Source: Deltaproteobacteria bacterium
GTDB taxonomy: Bacteria > Desulfobacterota > GWC2-55-46 > JAJCZF01
Assembly (NCBI GenBank): GCA_029262475.1
Contig: JAJCZG010000119.1
Location: forward strand, 3,378 to 67,377
Length of the DNA: 64,000 bases
Reading direction: 5' to 3'
Shown here: one piece after another, positions 1 through 9,325 of the stretch
Layout of the letters: every line of letters begins with the position of its first letter
How positions within the stretch are numbered: position 1 is the first letter of the stretch
Position numbers and translations under genes: made by a program
The notes under the pieces: model-generated
What the model saw: the letters and a program-made list of their open reading frames with translations, nothing else
Databases searched by the model: none
What the model was told of the DNA's origin: nothing

Positions 1-652
1 CTATGGTGCCGGTCTTTATATAACTCTCGACGAGACGAGTATATGTATCCCAGTCTTGAAAATAAAAGGGTATGCCCGCCGTTGGCAGGGTCTCAAAGAC
101 CTTTATCCTGTACGATTTCAGCCCTGTATCTTCCCCCTCCCAAAATGGCGAATTGGCGGACAAGGCAAGTATATACGGGAGGTAATAGAGCATGCGGTTC
201 ATTACGTATATGCTCTTTTCGTCGCCGTCGATGCCGACGTGGACATGCATGCCGAAGATATTAAAGCGGCGGGCGACAAACTGGAGAGTATCAAGGAGCC
301 TGTTGTAGCGTTTGTCGTCTGTTACCTTCTGGTCTCTTGCAAGAGAAAAGGGGTGTGTCCCGCCGCCACTCACAAGGGTATTGTGCTCTCCGGCGATACC
401 GATAAGCCTTCCTATTATCGCCGAGAGTTCCGCGCCGGCCTCCGAAACGCTTCGGGATACGCCAGTAATTACCTCTATATTAGAGTCCATCAGCTCGTGC
501 TTTATGGAGAGCGCCAGAGACGGGTCCTTTCTGACTTCACTGAGTATCTTGCCCGAGGTGCCGGTAAGTGCTAAAGTTTTCCTGTCTACGAGCTGGAGTT
601 CGAGCTCGATGCCGACGGTAAAATCCTTGGAAGCGTTAAATTTTATAACCAT
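1..652 (-). CDS. ybdK: Carboxylate-amine ligase, glutamate-cysteine ligase family 2 (YbdK-like). The gene runs off the window start, so it is partial.
   Basis: Minus-strand translation from the ATG at 652 reads MVIKFNASKDFTVGIELELQLVD...GTHPF...HVHVG...ALSANSPFW..., which is typical of GCS2/YbdK. It is absent from the ORF track because it runs off the window edge. The plus-strand ORFs 56..574 and 312..875 lie antisense to it. Confidence 0.75.
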   Translation of the reverse strand, partial: MVIKFNASKDFTVGIELELQLVDRKTLALTGTSGKILSEVRKDPSLALSIKHELMDSNIEVITGVSRSVSEAGAELSAIIGRLIGIAGEHNTLVSGGGTHPFSLARDQKVTDDKRYNRLLDTLQFVARRFNIFGMHVHVGIDGDEKSIYVMNRMLYYLPYILALSANSPFWEGEDTGLKSYRIKVFETLPTAGIPFYFQDWDTYTRLVESYIKTGTI

Positions 653-914
653 AGACACACCAGCGAAATACCGATTAACTATAATAAAGTTTCGAGAAAC
701 CCGGGGCCCTGCTTTAGCTTTCGGGCGACGGTACAACTATAAATTATTATATCAATTATTAATAAATATTATATCAGAACTTTCACATAAGAGGCTATTT
801 TACCGGCCTATTTCAACGAAGGCGAGTTTTAAGGGGCTCTCGCACTTGACAATAAGAGATCTTAAAGTAAAATAACTTAACGACCGCAAGAATCAAGGGG
901 ATTTCAAGGCCAAC

Positions 915-1391
915 GTGATAAAACTTATAGACGATAAGATAATAGATGCTACCACCCTCCTGGCGAAGGAGAACCCAAGGCTCAGGATGAACCATAACTT
1001 TCACGAGCTGCCGGACCCGCTCCAGAGGATGCTAAATGCCGTCCAGCCCGGGAGCTACATTCGGCCCCACCGCCACTTTACCCCGCCAAAGGTCGAAGTA
1101 TTTATAATTTTAAAGGGCCGGGGGGCGGCCATCCTCTTTAACGACGACGGTAGCATTAAAGAGATCGTCGTAATGGACGCAGGCGGGCCGGTTCGCGGTG
1201 TGGAATTCGCGCCTGGCAGTTGGCATACGATTGTCTCACTTAAGGAAGGGACCGTCTTCTTTGAGGCTAAGGACGGCCCGTACATCGCCATATCGGATAA
1301 GGACTTCGCCCCGTGGGCGCCTGAGCCGTCCGATACGGCAGGGGCGCGCTCCTACCTGAGCGAACTTACCCGCTTCACTCGGAATAGATAA
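915..1391 (+). CDS. WbuC-family cupin-fold metalloprotein
   Basis: The protein is 158 aa. The N-terminal motif ...LAKENPRLRMNHNFHELPDPLQRMLNAVQPGSYIRPHRH... matches the WbuC cupin family signature. Confidence 0.6.
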   Translation: MIKLIDDKIIDATTLLAKENPRLRMNHNFHELPDPLQRMLNAVQPGSYIRPHRHFTPPKVEVFIILKGRGAAILFNDDGSIKEIVVMDAGGPVRGVEFAPGSWHTIVSLKEGTVFFEAKDGPYIAISDKDFAPWAPEPSDTAGARSYLSELTRFTRNR

Positions 1392-1512
1392 AAACCTCCA
1401 TGCCGCTCTCACCCGGAAACACAATAGATAAATTGGATATTAAAGAAAAAAGCTGGTATAGTGTAGCACTTTTATGGGGACAAACCCCTTTTAACGGACC
1501 AAAACTATAATC

Positions 1513-2388
1513 ATGATACCAGATTACCCTGCACTCGAAGAAATAACGATAGATATGAAGGCCGCACTCGATCCTCTCTTTAAGGAGGTAACGAGCGGTA
1601 TATCGGAGTTTACCTTCGCCAATATCTTCCTCTTCCGTAAGGAGCATAACTACCGGGTGACAAGGCTCCCCGGAGATAAATTAGTCTTTACGGGCTCTGA
1701 CAGCGGGGTAAATTTCTTTATGCTCCCCTTCGGCTTGCCGCCAGAGGATATACTAGGTAAGCTCTTCAGTAACTTCGGGGCGGTCAAGAACGCATCGTGC
1801 ATTCAAGCGACAAAGCTCTCGTCTATGGGGGTTTTTACTACCGAAGAGGACAGGGCGAACTTCGACTACATCTACTGGCGCGAAAGCCTCGCCACACTCG
1901 CCGGAAGAAAGTACCATAAGAAACGTAACCTCGTTAAGCTCTTTAACGAAAATTACCGGTGCGAAGAGCGCGTCCTCACCACCGGGCTTGTAGAAGACGC
2001 CGAAAAGGTTCTGGAGAAGTGGGTGGAGGGGCGCGCTGACGACCCCGGCGACTACGAGGCCGCCAGGGACTCGCTAACGTATTTTACCGACCTTGATCTT
2101 TCGGGTCTCGTCTTCTATATCGATTCCGCGCCCGTGGCATATTCCCTCGGAGAGATACTCCCGGACGGCAAGAGTTTTATAACGCACTTCGAGAAGACCG
2201 TACCGGGCTTCAGGGGTCTCGCTCAATTTGTAAATAAAAGCTTCGCTGCCTGGCTCCCGGAAGAGATAAATATCATTAACCGCGAGCAAGACCTCGGTGA
2301 CGAGGGGCTCAGGCAGGCCAAAGAGAGCTACCGCCCCGTCTGCTTCGGCAAGAAATACAGGGTATACCGTGCCGAAGAAAAGGGTTAG
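1513..2388 (+). CDS. DUF2156 family protein (MprF C-terminal-like, aminoacyl-phosphatidylglycerol synthase-like fold)
   Basis: A 291-aa soluble protein. This is a family-level recollection only and no catalytic motif was verified. The gene's 3' end overlaps the start of the next gene. Confidence 0.4.
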   Translation: MIPDYPALEEITIDMKAALDPLFKEVTSGISEFTFANIFLFRKEHNYRVTRLPGDKLVFTGSDSGVNFFMLPFGLPPEDILGKLFSNFGAVKNASCIQATKLSSMGVFTTEEDRANFDYIYWRESLATLAGRKYHKKRNLVKLFNENYRCEERVLTTGLVEDAEKVLEKWVEGRADDPGDYEAARDSLTYFTDLDLSGLVFYIDSAPVAYSLGEILPDGKSFITHFEKTVPGFRGLAQFVNKSFAAWLPEEINIINREQDLGDEGLRQAKESYRPVCFGKKYRVYRAEEKG

Positions 2389-3358
2389 CCCAAACGAACT
2401 CAAGGGGCGCTACTACCCGCTTAAGGAATACCTCACAGAGCGCCACGGCACGGGCGCGTACAAGGTAACCATAGACGCTGGCTTTACGTGCCCGAATAAG
2501 GACGGCACACTAAAGACAGAGACCGGCGGCTGCGCCTACTGCGGCCCGGAGACGCTCTACCCGAACTCCTACGATGTTAAGACCCCATCCATAAGAGAGC
2601 AGCTCGACAAGGGCATCGAAATACTCGAAAAACGCCGTAGGGTGGAGAAGTTCATCGCCTACTTCCAGCTAAATACAAGTACACACGCCCCTCTTGAAGA
2701 ACTCAGAGCAATATACGAGGAGGCCGTAACCGATAAACGCATCTCCGGGTGGGCCGTATCAACGAGGCCCGACTGCGTACCCGACGAAACGCTCGACCTC
2801 TTTAACGAATTAAGCTTGCGAGCGAGCGGCCCGAATAAAAACCCTCTCGACTTCTGGCTTGAGCTCGGCTTACAGAGCGCAAATAACTCGACACTCGCGA
2901 GAATTGACCGGGGGCACACCCGGGAAGCCTTCGCCGACGCCGTAGTGCGCGCCGCAGGTAAGGGCATAAAGGTATGCGCCCATATTATCCTCGGCCTTCC
3001 GGGAGAGACAGAGGAAGATACGTTTGAGACTATACGCTTCATATCCGCTCTCCCGGTCTGGGGGGTAAAGTTTCACCAGCTTCAAATCATTAAAGGCACA
3101 CGCCTTGCAGAGCAGTACCTTAAGGGCTCATTCGGGCTCCTCACGCTTGATGAGTACGCAGAGCTCGTGGTTAAATGTCTGGAGAGGCTACCTGGCGAGA
3201 TCGTTATCCACCGGCTGGTAGGCGACGCTCCGCCTGGCACGCAAATAGACCCGTGGGGGCCGAAGAAGTTCGCCGTACTCGAACGTATCCACGAAAGGCT
3301 TATAGATAAAGACACCCACCAGGGATTTTTAATAGAGAAAAATAATCGCATGGCTTAG
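2369..3358 (+). CDS. TIGR01212-family radical SAM protein (YhcC-like)
   Basis: Motifs AGFTCPNKDG...GGCAYCG give the CxxxxxxC...CxxC layout seen in the TIGR01212 family, and the rest of the sequence is conserved. The ORF track starts at 2297, inside the upstream gene. The in-frame GTG at 2369 gives MPKKRVSPNELKGRYYPLKEY and is the more plausible start. Confidence 0.7.
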   Translation: MPKKRVSPNELKGRYYPLKEYLTERHGTGAYKVTIDAGFTCPNKDGTLKTETGGCAYCGPETLYPNSYDVKTPSIREQLDKGIEILEKRRRVEKFIAYFQLNTSTHAPLEELRAIYEEAVTDKRISGWAVSTRPDCVPDETLDLFNELSLRASGPNKNPLDFWLELGLQSANNSTLARIDRGHTREAFADAVVRAAGKGIKVCAHIILGLPGETEEDTFETIRFISALPVWGVKFHQLQIIKGTRLAEQYLKGSFGLLTLDEYAELVVKCLERLPGEIVIHRLVGDAPPGTQIDPWGPKKFAVLERIHERLIDKDTHQGFLIEKNNRMA

Positions 3359-3379
3359 TTAACCGCATCAGGAGGAGAG

Positions 3380-4450
3380 ATGGCTGACAAACGGATAGAG
3401 AAACTCGCTAAAATTTTAATCGGGCATTCGCTCAAGGTTAAGAAGGGCGAGACCGTAATGATAGTGGCATCGAGCGAAGCGGCCAAGCCGCTGGTGCTCG
3501 AAGTCTACCGGGAAGTGCTTAAGGCCGGAGGGCACCCGCTTACTAGCATAGGGCTTGAGGAGACTGTAAATATATTCTTCGAGCACGCGACCGACGCGCA
3601 GATAAAAAAACTTCCTGAGACAAAACTCCATGAAGCCAGAGAGATAGACTGTTTTGTAAATATCCGCGCGCCTTTAAACAAAAAATCGTTATCGAATATC
3701 GACCCCGCAAAGTCGGCCATGAGGAGCAGGGTTTTAAGCGAGATAAGCGGCATAATAGTAAACGACAAGCGCTGGGTACTGGTAAACTTCCCGACGAACG
3801 CTCTAGCCCAGGAGGCCGAGATGAGCCTCTCGGAGTACGAAGACTTCCTCTACCGGGCTACGAACGTAGACTGGAAGGCCGTTGAGGAGAGAGAAAAATC
3901 CCTTAAGCGCGTCCTCGACAAGGGTAAAATTGTCCGTATCGTCGGAGAAGATACAGACTTAACTCTTAGCATCAAGGGGAGAAAGGCCATCCCCTGCTTC
4001 GGCGAAAGGAACATGCCCGACGGAGAGGTATTTCTCTCCCCGGTAGAGGACTCTGCCGAGGGCCATATATACTACGAGATGCCAGCCATCTACCAGGGAC
4101 GAGAGGTAACGGGCATCCGCCTCGAATTCAAGAAGGGCAAGGTCGTAAACGAACGCGCCGACAAGAACGAAGCGTACCTGAAGTCAGTCCTTAATACCGA
4201 CCCGGGCGCACGCTTCCTCGGCGAGCTCGGCATAGGCGTAAACTACGGTATAAAGAATTACTCGAAAGACATACTCTTTGACGAGAAGATAGGCGGCACC
4301 GTACACCTGGCCGTCGGACGCTCCTACGAGCGCGCCGGTGGCACGAATAAATCCGCCATCCACTGGGATATGATAAAAGACCTCAGAAAAAAGGGCGAAC
4401 TATACGTGGACGGAACGCTCATACAGAAGAAGGGAAAATTTCTGATTTAA
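3380..4450 (+). CDS. ampS: M29-family aminopeptidase (AmpS / aminopeptidase T-like)
   Basis: A 356-aa protein. MADKRIEKLAKILIGHSLKVKKGETV... and the C-terminal ...GIGVNYGI...GGTVHLAVGRSYE... are typical of thermophilic M29 metalloproteases. Confidence 0.7.
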   Translation: MADKRIEKLAKILIGHSLKVKKGETVMIVASSEAAKPLVLEVYREVLKAGGHPLTSIGLEETVNIFFEHATDAQIKKLPETKLHEAREIDCFVNIRAPLNKKSLSNIDPAKSAMRSRVLSEISGIIVNDKRWVLVNFPTNALAQEAEMSLSEYEDFLYRATNVDWKAVEEREKSLKRVLDKGKIVRIVGEDTDLTLSIKGRKAIPCFGERNMPDGEVFLSPVEDSAEGHIYYEMPAIYQGREVTGIRLEFKKGKVVNERADKNEAYLKSVLNTDPGARFLGELGIGVNYGIKNYSKDILFDEKIGGTVHLAVGRSYERAGGTNKSAIHWDMIKDLRKKGELYVDGTLIQKKGKFLI

Positions 4451-4585
4451 AGACAGACCCTCTCACGCTCAAGCAACCAGCGGCGTCATTTAGTTGCTCC
4501 CGGCGGCGCTCCGAAGCATCCGCCTACAGAGGAGAGTGAGATATCCGCATCTTCTAAATCGTAATTTCAAAGAAAGGATTATGAT

Positions 4586-5746
4586 ATGGGAAAGAAGAGA
4601 ATTTTTATCAGCGATATCCACATGGGTGACGCCAGGAGCCAGGACGGGTCAGGGGGGCTCCACAGGTACGGGTGGTTTAATAAGGAACGCGAAGCGCTCC
4701 TTGCAGAGTTCCTGGAGATGGTCTCCGAAGACGCCTCCATTGACGAGCTTATAGTAATAGGCGACATATTCGACGACTGGGTCTGCCCCTCCAACTTCAC
4801 GCAACCCCCGGCAGTTGAACGATTTAAGAAGATAGCCGACTATAACGACAAGGCCATCACCGCATTCAAGAAGATAGCTACAGGGAATAAGAAGCTCATC
4901 TACCTCCCCGGAAACCACGATATGCTCCTAACAAAGGATATCCTGGAGGGTATCATCCCCGGGGTCGTCTACAAAGGTACATCTCCGGGGCTTGGGGCGT
5001 ATGAAGACCCTATTGGCTACCTTATCGCCGAACACGGAAATAAGTACGGCCTCTTTAACGCCCCTGACCCGTTCAGTAACGGTACCGCCCACTCCCTCCC
5101 ACTTGGTTATTTCATGACGAGGGCTTTAGCCTATAAGATGTCGCAGACCGGCGAGGATACCGATTACGTAAGCGCCCTCGCCGACGGCATAAAGGACCTG
5201 ATGGAGGGAGAGAAGCGCGCCAAGGCCGTCTACGAGGCCCTGGCCGAAGCGGCCGGTCTAACTGGAGCTTCGCCTATAGAGATGAACGGCGTGGACAATT
5301 ACGCTAATACGATTAAGTCATCGAAGGTCGCCGAAATATTTAAGGATATCTATAAAAAATGGGCAGACTACAGGCCGGATATCGGCATCACCAGGGATTA
5401 CGCCCAGTACGCTGACTTTATTCAGCTCTTTAAGACCGCCGAGGCCGTTCACTTTAAATTAGACGGCCCGGTAAAGATAGCTATCTTCGGCCATAGCCAC
5501 GAAGTAAGCCTGCGGCGCTATAACGCCTCATACGAAGAGTACGAAAAGCCGCAAGCCGGAGGCGTTGACTTTACTACTCCCGCCTTCATCTACGCCAATA
5601 GCGGCACATGGGTAAACGGCAAGCCCACTACCTATATCGAGACGAAGGAGATAAACGGCGACATCCCCATGCACAGGGTCCGTATAATGCGGTACAAGGC
5701 CGGAGGAGAAGAGATACTTTTAGACGAAGACAAAGTACATATCTAG
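4586..5746 (+). CDS. Calcineurin-like metallophosphoesterase
   Basis: Motifs IFISDIHMGD, IVIGDIFDDW and LPGNHD form the MPE motifs I-III. The ~200-aa C-terminal extension has no assigned function. Confidence 0.6.
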   Translation: MGKKRIFISDIHMGDARSQDGSGGLHRYGWFNKEREALLAEFLEMVSEDASIDELIVIGDIFDDWVCPSNFTQPPAVERFKKIADYNDKAITAFKKIATGNKKLIYLPGNHDMLLTKDILEGIIPGVVYKGTSPGLGAYEDPIGYLIAEHGNKYGLFNAPDPFSNGTAHSLPLGYFMTRALAYKMSQTGEDTDYVSALADGIKDLMEGEKRAKAVYEALAEAAGLTGASPIEMNGVDNYANTIKSSKVAEIFKDIYKKWADYRPDIGITRDYAQYADFIQLFKTAEAVHFKLDGPVKIAIFGHSHEVSLRRYNASYEEYEKPQAGGVDFTTPAFIYANSGTWVNGKPTTYIETKEINGDIPMHRVRIMRYKAGGEEILLDEDKVHI

Positions 5747-5806
5747 CCCGGCATTTAAGGGCGATAATAGACAGGGCTCACAGAAGGCCTCTGTAAAAGA
5801 ACTTTA

Positions 5807-5836
5807 CCGGCCCCTCCTCAACTGAGTAGGGGCCGG
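5807..5836 (+). terminator. Possible rho-independent terminator hairpin downstream of the metallophosphoesterase gene
   Basis: A 9-bp GC-rich stem, ccggcccct...aggggccgg, is followed at a distance by a short T tract (cttttc). The T tract is weak. Confidence 0.35.
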
Positions 5837-5976
5837 TCGAAAGCCGTACCTTTTCATAAGTCGACAATAAGGGGTCATTTCCAGCCATCAAGAGCCCTTT
5901 ATAGACGCAAATCACTCCAAAGCCACCCGCAAAGCCGATTCTTTAGTCATTACGGTAGAAAAACCCCTTTAAACCC

Positions 5977-6005
5977 TTGACACCAAAGGCCCTTGTGGAT
6001 AATAT
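5977..6005 (+). promoter_or_regulatory. Sigma70-type promoter for the gmhA-argH-lysA-dap operon
   Basis: TTGACA (5977-5982), a 17-nt spacer, then TAATAT (6000-6005). This lies ~30 nt upstream of the gmhA ATG at 6036. Confidence 0.5.
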
Positions 6006-6035
6006 TTAGTATTAATTTTCATTCTGAAGGACAAA

Positions 6036-6626
6036 ATGGGTAGAGATATAATAATAAAAACAGTCCTGGAGAGCATAGCGGCAAAGGAACTCTTCTTTAA
6101 TGAAGAGAATAACTCCCTTGTGCTCCGCTCGGCGGAGGCAATAGTAGAGTCCTTTAACTCCGGCGGCAAGCTCCTTATAGCCGGTAACGGCGGCTCTGCA
6201 GCCGACGCCCAGCATATGGCCGCAGAGTTCGTAAACCGCTTCGAGATTGAGAGGCCGCCGCTCCCGGCGCTCGCCCTAACGACCGATACCTCCAATATCA
6301 CGAGCATAGGCAACGACTACAGCTTCGACGAGATATTTTCAAAACAGATTAAGGCCCTCGGCCGCAGCGGCGACGTCTTTATCGCCATATCCACGAGCGG
6401 CAGCTCACCGAATATCATAAAGGCCGTGGAGGCCTCTAGAGAGATCGGCATTAAGGTCATAGGCCTTACCGGAAAGGGAGGCGGCGACCTAGCGCCACTA
6501 TCGGATATACTCTTAAACGTTGAGACCGAGACTACGGCGAGGGTACAGGAGGTGCACATCACGGTGATACATATCCTCTGCCGTCTCGTTGATGAAATGC
6601 TCTTCGGTAACTGCGGGAAGGGATAA
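6036..6626 (+). CDS. gmhA: D-sedoheptulose 7-phosphate isomerase (phosphoheptose isomerase, SIS domain)
   Basis: Motifs ...LLIAGNGGSAADAQHMAAEF... and ...DVFIAISTSGSSPNI... form the GmhA SIS signature. Confidence 0.85.
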   Translation: MGRDIIIKTVLESIAAKELFFNEENNSLVLRSAEAIVESFNSGGKLLIAGNGGSAADAQHMAAEFVNRFEIERPPLPALALTTDTSNITSIGNDYSFDEIFSKQIKALGRSGDVFIAISTSGSSPNIIKAVEASREIGIKVIGLTGKGGGDLAPLSDILLNVETETTARVQEVHITVIHILCRLVDEMLFGNCGKG

Positions 6627-6628
6627 CG

Positions 6629-7567
6629 ATGAAATACAAGCCGCTCGACACCTCCGGTATAAAGACCTACTCCGTAAAAGGAAGAACGAGCAAGGTCTCG
6701 GTCGACGACTTCGCAAGCGTCCCGAAAAAGGGGGTAAGCTTCTCGTCCTTCATGGACGGGCTACCGAATATCCTTGGCGCAAAGAACCTTAAAGCCGTCG
6801 CCGACGCCGTTATAAGTGCCAAGAAGAATAAGAAGACCGTAACGCTCGGCATGGGCGGCCACGTTATAAAGGTCGGCCTCGGGCCGCTTATAATAGACCT
6901 TATGGAGCGCGGCTACCTCGACTCCGTCGCCTTTAACGGCTCGTGCATCGTCCACGACTTCGAGACGGCCTTTAACGGCTCGACATCAGAGGACGTTGAC
7001 GCGGAGCTTGACGAAGGCGCATTCGGCATGGCCGAGGAGACCGGCGGGCTCATTAACGACGCTATTAACGCCGCCCCTGAGAAGGGTTTAGGGCGAGCGG
7101 TCGGGGAGATGATAGAGGCTTCGAACTTTCCGTACAAGGACAAATCCATCCTCGCCGCCGGCGTGAGACTGGATATCCCTGTGACGGTGCATGTGGCGAT
7201 GGGTACCGACATCGTCCATATTCACCCGCAGATGAATGGCGCGAAGACGGGCGAGGCTACTACCGTTGACTTTAAAATTTTCTGCTCGGTCGTGAGCACG
7301 CTCGAAGGCGGGGTCTATATAAACCTCGGCTCCGCGGTGCTCATGCCGGAGGTCTTCCTTAAGGCGATAACCGTAGTAAGGAACCTCGGACACGTGGTGG
7401 AAAAGTTTACAACCGCGAATATGGATTTCATACAGCACTACAGGCCGCTAACCAACGTGGTAAGGAGGCCGACGCAGCACGGGGGCAAGGGGTATAGCCT
7501 TACGGGACACCACGAGATAATGTTCCCGCTCCTCTACGCGCTAATAATCGAAGGAATGGACGACTGA
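6629..7567 (+). CDS. Deoxyhypusine synthase-like protein (DHS family; possible homospermidine synthase-like)
   Basis: Collinear resemblance to DHS: TLGMGGHVIKVGLG...DSVAFNG resembles the DHS NAD-binding block, GGVYINLGSAV resembles YAVYINTAQE, and the C-terminal HEIMFPLLYALI resembles ASLVFPLLVAETF. The similarity was recalled by eye and was not computed. Confidence 0.45.
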   Translation: MKYKPLDTSGIKTYSVKGRTSKVSVDDFASVPKKGVSFSSFMDGLPNILGAKNLKAVADAVISAKKNKKTVTLGMGGHVIKVGLGPLIIDLMERGYLDSVAFNGSCIVHDFETAFNGSTSEDVDAELDEGAFGMAEETGGLINDAINAAPEKGLGRAVGEMIEASNFPYKDKSILAAGVRLDIPVTVHVAMGTDIVHIHPQMNGAKTGEATTVDFKIFCSVVSTLEGGVYINLGSAVLMPEVFLKAITVVRNLGHVVEKFTTANMDFIQHYRPLTNVVRRPTQHGGKGYSLTGHHEIMFPLLYALIIEGMDD

Positions 7568-8952
7568 TGCCCAAAAAGAATGAAAAAAAGCTCTGGGGCG
7601 GGCGCTTTAGCCAGAAGACGAGTAAGCTCCTCGACGAATTCAACGCCTCCATCTCGTTTGACAAGAGGCTCTTCGGCGACGACATAAAGGGGTCGGTGGC
7701 GCACGCGCTCGTTCTTGAAAAGGCAGGGATACTCTCGAAGCAAGAGACGCAGAAGATAATTAGCGGCCTTATGACCGTTAGTAAGGAAATTTCCAGGGGG
7801 AAACTCCCCCTTACAGCGGATAAGGAAGATATCCATATGGCCGTCGAGGCGCGCCTTACCGAACTCGTCGGCCCGCTCGGCGGTAAGCTCCACACAGGGC
7901 GTTCACGAAACGATCAGATAGCAACCGACATCAGGCTCTACTTAAAGGACGAGATTAAAGGGATACTCACTCTCTTAAAGACACTTAAATCGGTCATCGT
8001 AAAGGTCGCCGAAGATAATATCGAGTGCATAATGCCGGGCTATACGCACCTTCAACGCGCCCAGCCCGTCCTATTTAGCCACCACATGCTCTCGTACTTT
8101 GAGATGCTTACGCGAGACGAAGAAAGATTTACCGGGGCGCTAACGAGAACCGACCGCCTCCCTCTCGGCTCCGGTGCGCTCGCCGGGAGCCCGTATAAGC
8201 TCGACAGGAAGTACGCCGCCAAGATGCTCGGCTTCTCGGAGATAACAAATAACAGCATCGACGCGGTAAGCGACAGGGATTTCGCCATAGAGTTCGTCTC
8301 CGCTTCTGCGATGCTAATGATGCACCTATCGAGGCTGAGCGAAGAGCTCATCATATGGGCGACGAGCGAGTTCGGCTTCATAGAGCTCTCGGACGCATTC
8401 TCCACCGGCTCCTCTATTATGCCGCAGAAGAAGAACCCGGATATCCCGGAGCTCGTTAGAGGAAAGACCGCCAGGGTCTACGGCAACCTTATGACCTTAC
8501 TTACGATGATGAAGGGTTTGCCGCTCGCTTACAATAAGGATATGCAGGAAGATAAGGAACCGCTCTTCGATACCGTGGATACGGTGAAGGCGGTTCTCGA
8601 AATAATGAGCCCCATGCTCTTGGAGATGAAGATAAACGCTGAAAAGATGATCGAGGCGACAAAGGAAGGGTTCCTCACCGCCACCGACGCCGCCGACTAC
8701 CTTACGGCTCGTGAGATGCCCTTTAGAGAAGCCCACGAGATTACCGGGAAGATCGTCGCCTACTCCATTAAGGAGGGTAAGACGCTCGAAGACCTTACTC
8801 TAGATGAGTGGCGCTCCTTCTCGGAGCTCTTCGATGATGATATAAAGAAGGTCGTTACGCCCAGGCACTCCTTAAACAGCAGGAAGGTCTTCGGAGGGAC
8901 GGCCCTTACCGAGGTAAAAAAACGCCTTAAACAGATCGAGAAGGAGGGTTAG
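7567..8952 (+). CDS. argH: Argininosuccinate lyase
   Basis: The N-terminus LWGGRFSQKTSKLLDEFNASISFDKRL..., then ...GRSRNDQIATD... and ...SSIMPQKKNPD... are fumarate-lyase signatures. The 461-aa length fits. Confidence 0.95.
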   Translation: MPKKNEKKLWGGRFSQKTSKLLDEFNASISFDKRLFGDDIKGSVAHALVLEKAGILSKQETQKIISGLMTVSKEISRGKLPLTADKEDIHMAVEARLTELVGPLGGKLHTGRSRNDQIATDIRLYLKDEIKGILTLLKTLKSVIVKVAEDNIECIMPGYTHLQRAQPVLFSHHMLSYFEMLTRDEERFTGALTRTDRLPLGSGALAGSPYKLDRKYAAKMLGFSEITNNSIDAVSDRDFAIEFVSASAMLMMHLSRLSEELIIWATSEFGFIELSDAFSTGSSIMPQKKNPDIPELVRGKTARVYGNLMTLLTMMKGLPLAYNKDMQEDKEPLFDTVDTVKAVLEIMSPMLLEMKINAEKMIEATKEGFLTATDAADYLTAREMPFREAHEITGKIVAYSIKEGKTLEDLTLDEWRSFSELFDDDIKKVVTPRHSLNSRKVFGGTALTEVKKRLKQIEKEG

Positions 8953-8957
8953 AGAGG

Positions 8958-9296
8958 ATGCGCCATATTCTTACTACGATAGCCGTTGTGTTTGTAATGA
9001 CGCTCACTCCGTTCATCTCCGGGTGCGGCAAAAAAGCTCCTCCGGAGAGACCTCCTTTAAGGACCGAGCCTGTTAAGCTTAAAGAAGCTTTACCAACGGC
9101 TGAAGTGACCGCGCCCGGAGAGACTACTACAGGAGAGACTCCGGGGGAGGAAGCGGTAAAGCCTGACGCGCTACCTGACGCTACTCCGGACGGTAACGGG
9201 GCGGGCTCCGAAGAGGAGGAAACGGATATCTTTCCGCCCGAGATGACCCCGAAGGAACTTTTGAGGATGGATGAAGCCCCTGAGGACTGGATTTAA
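8958..9296 (+). CDS. Small Pro/Glu-rich lipoprotein, LptM(YifL)/LppL-like
   Basis: A signal peptide plus the lipobox FISGC is followed by CGKKAPPERPP... A small lipoprotein sits between argH and lysA-dapF in many proteobacteria (lppL/yifL). The assignment rests on synteny. Confidence 0.45.
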   Translation: MRHILTTIAVVFVMTLTPFISGCGKKAPPERPPLRTEPVKLKEALPTAEVTAPGETTTGETPGEEAVKPDALPDATPDGNGAGSEEEETDIFPPEMTPKELLRMDEAPEDWI

Positions 9297-9325
9297 CCGA
9301 TCAGCAGATAGAAAGAAGACGCACT

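Noticed and set aside
56-875. Plus-strand ORFs 56..574 (172 aa) and 312..875 (187 aa)
   Set aside because: Neither has a recognisable motif. Both lie antisense to a clear YbdK/GCS2 carboxylate-amine ligase reading frame on the minus strand, which runs off the window start.
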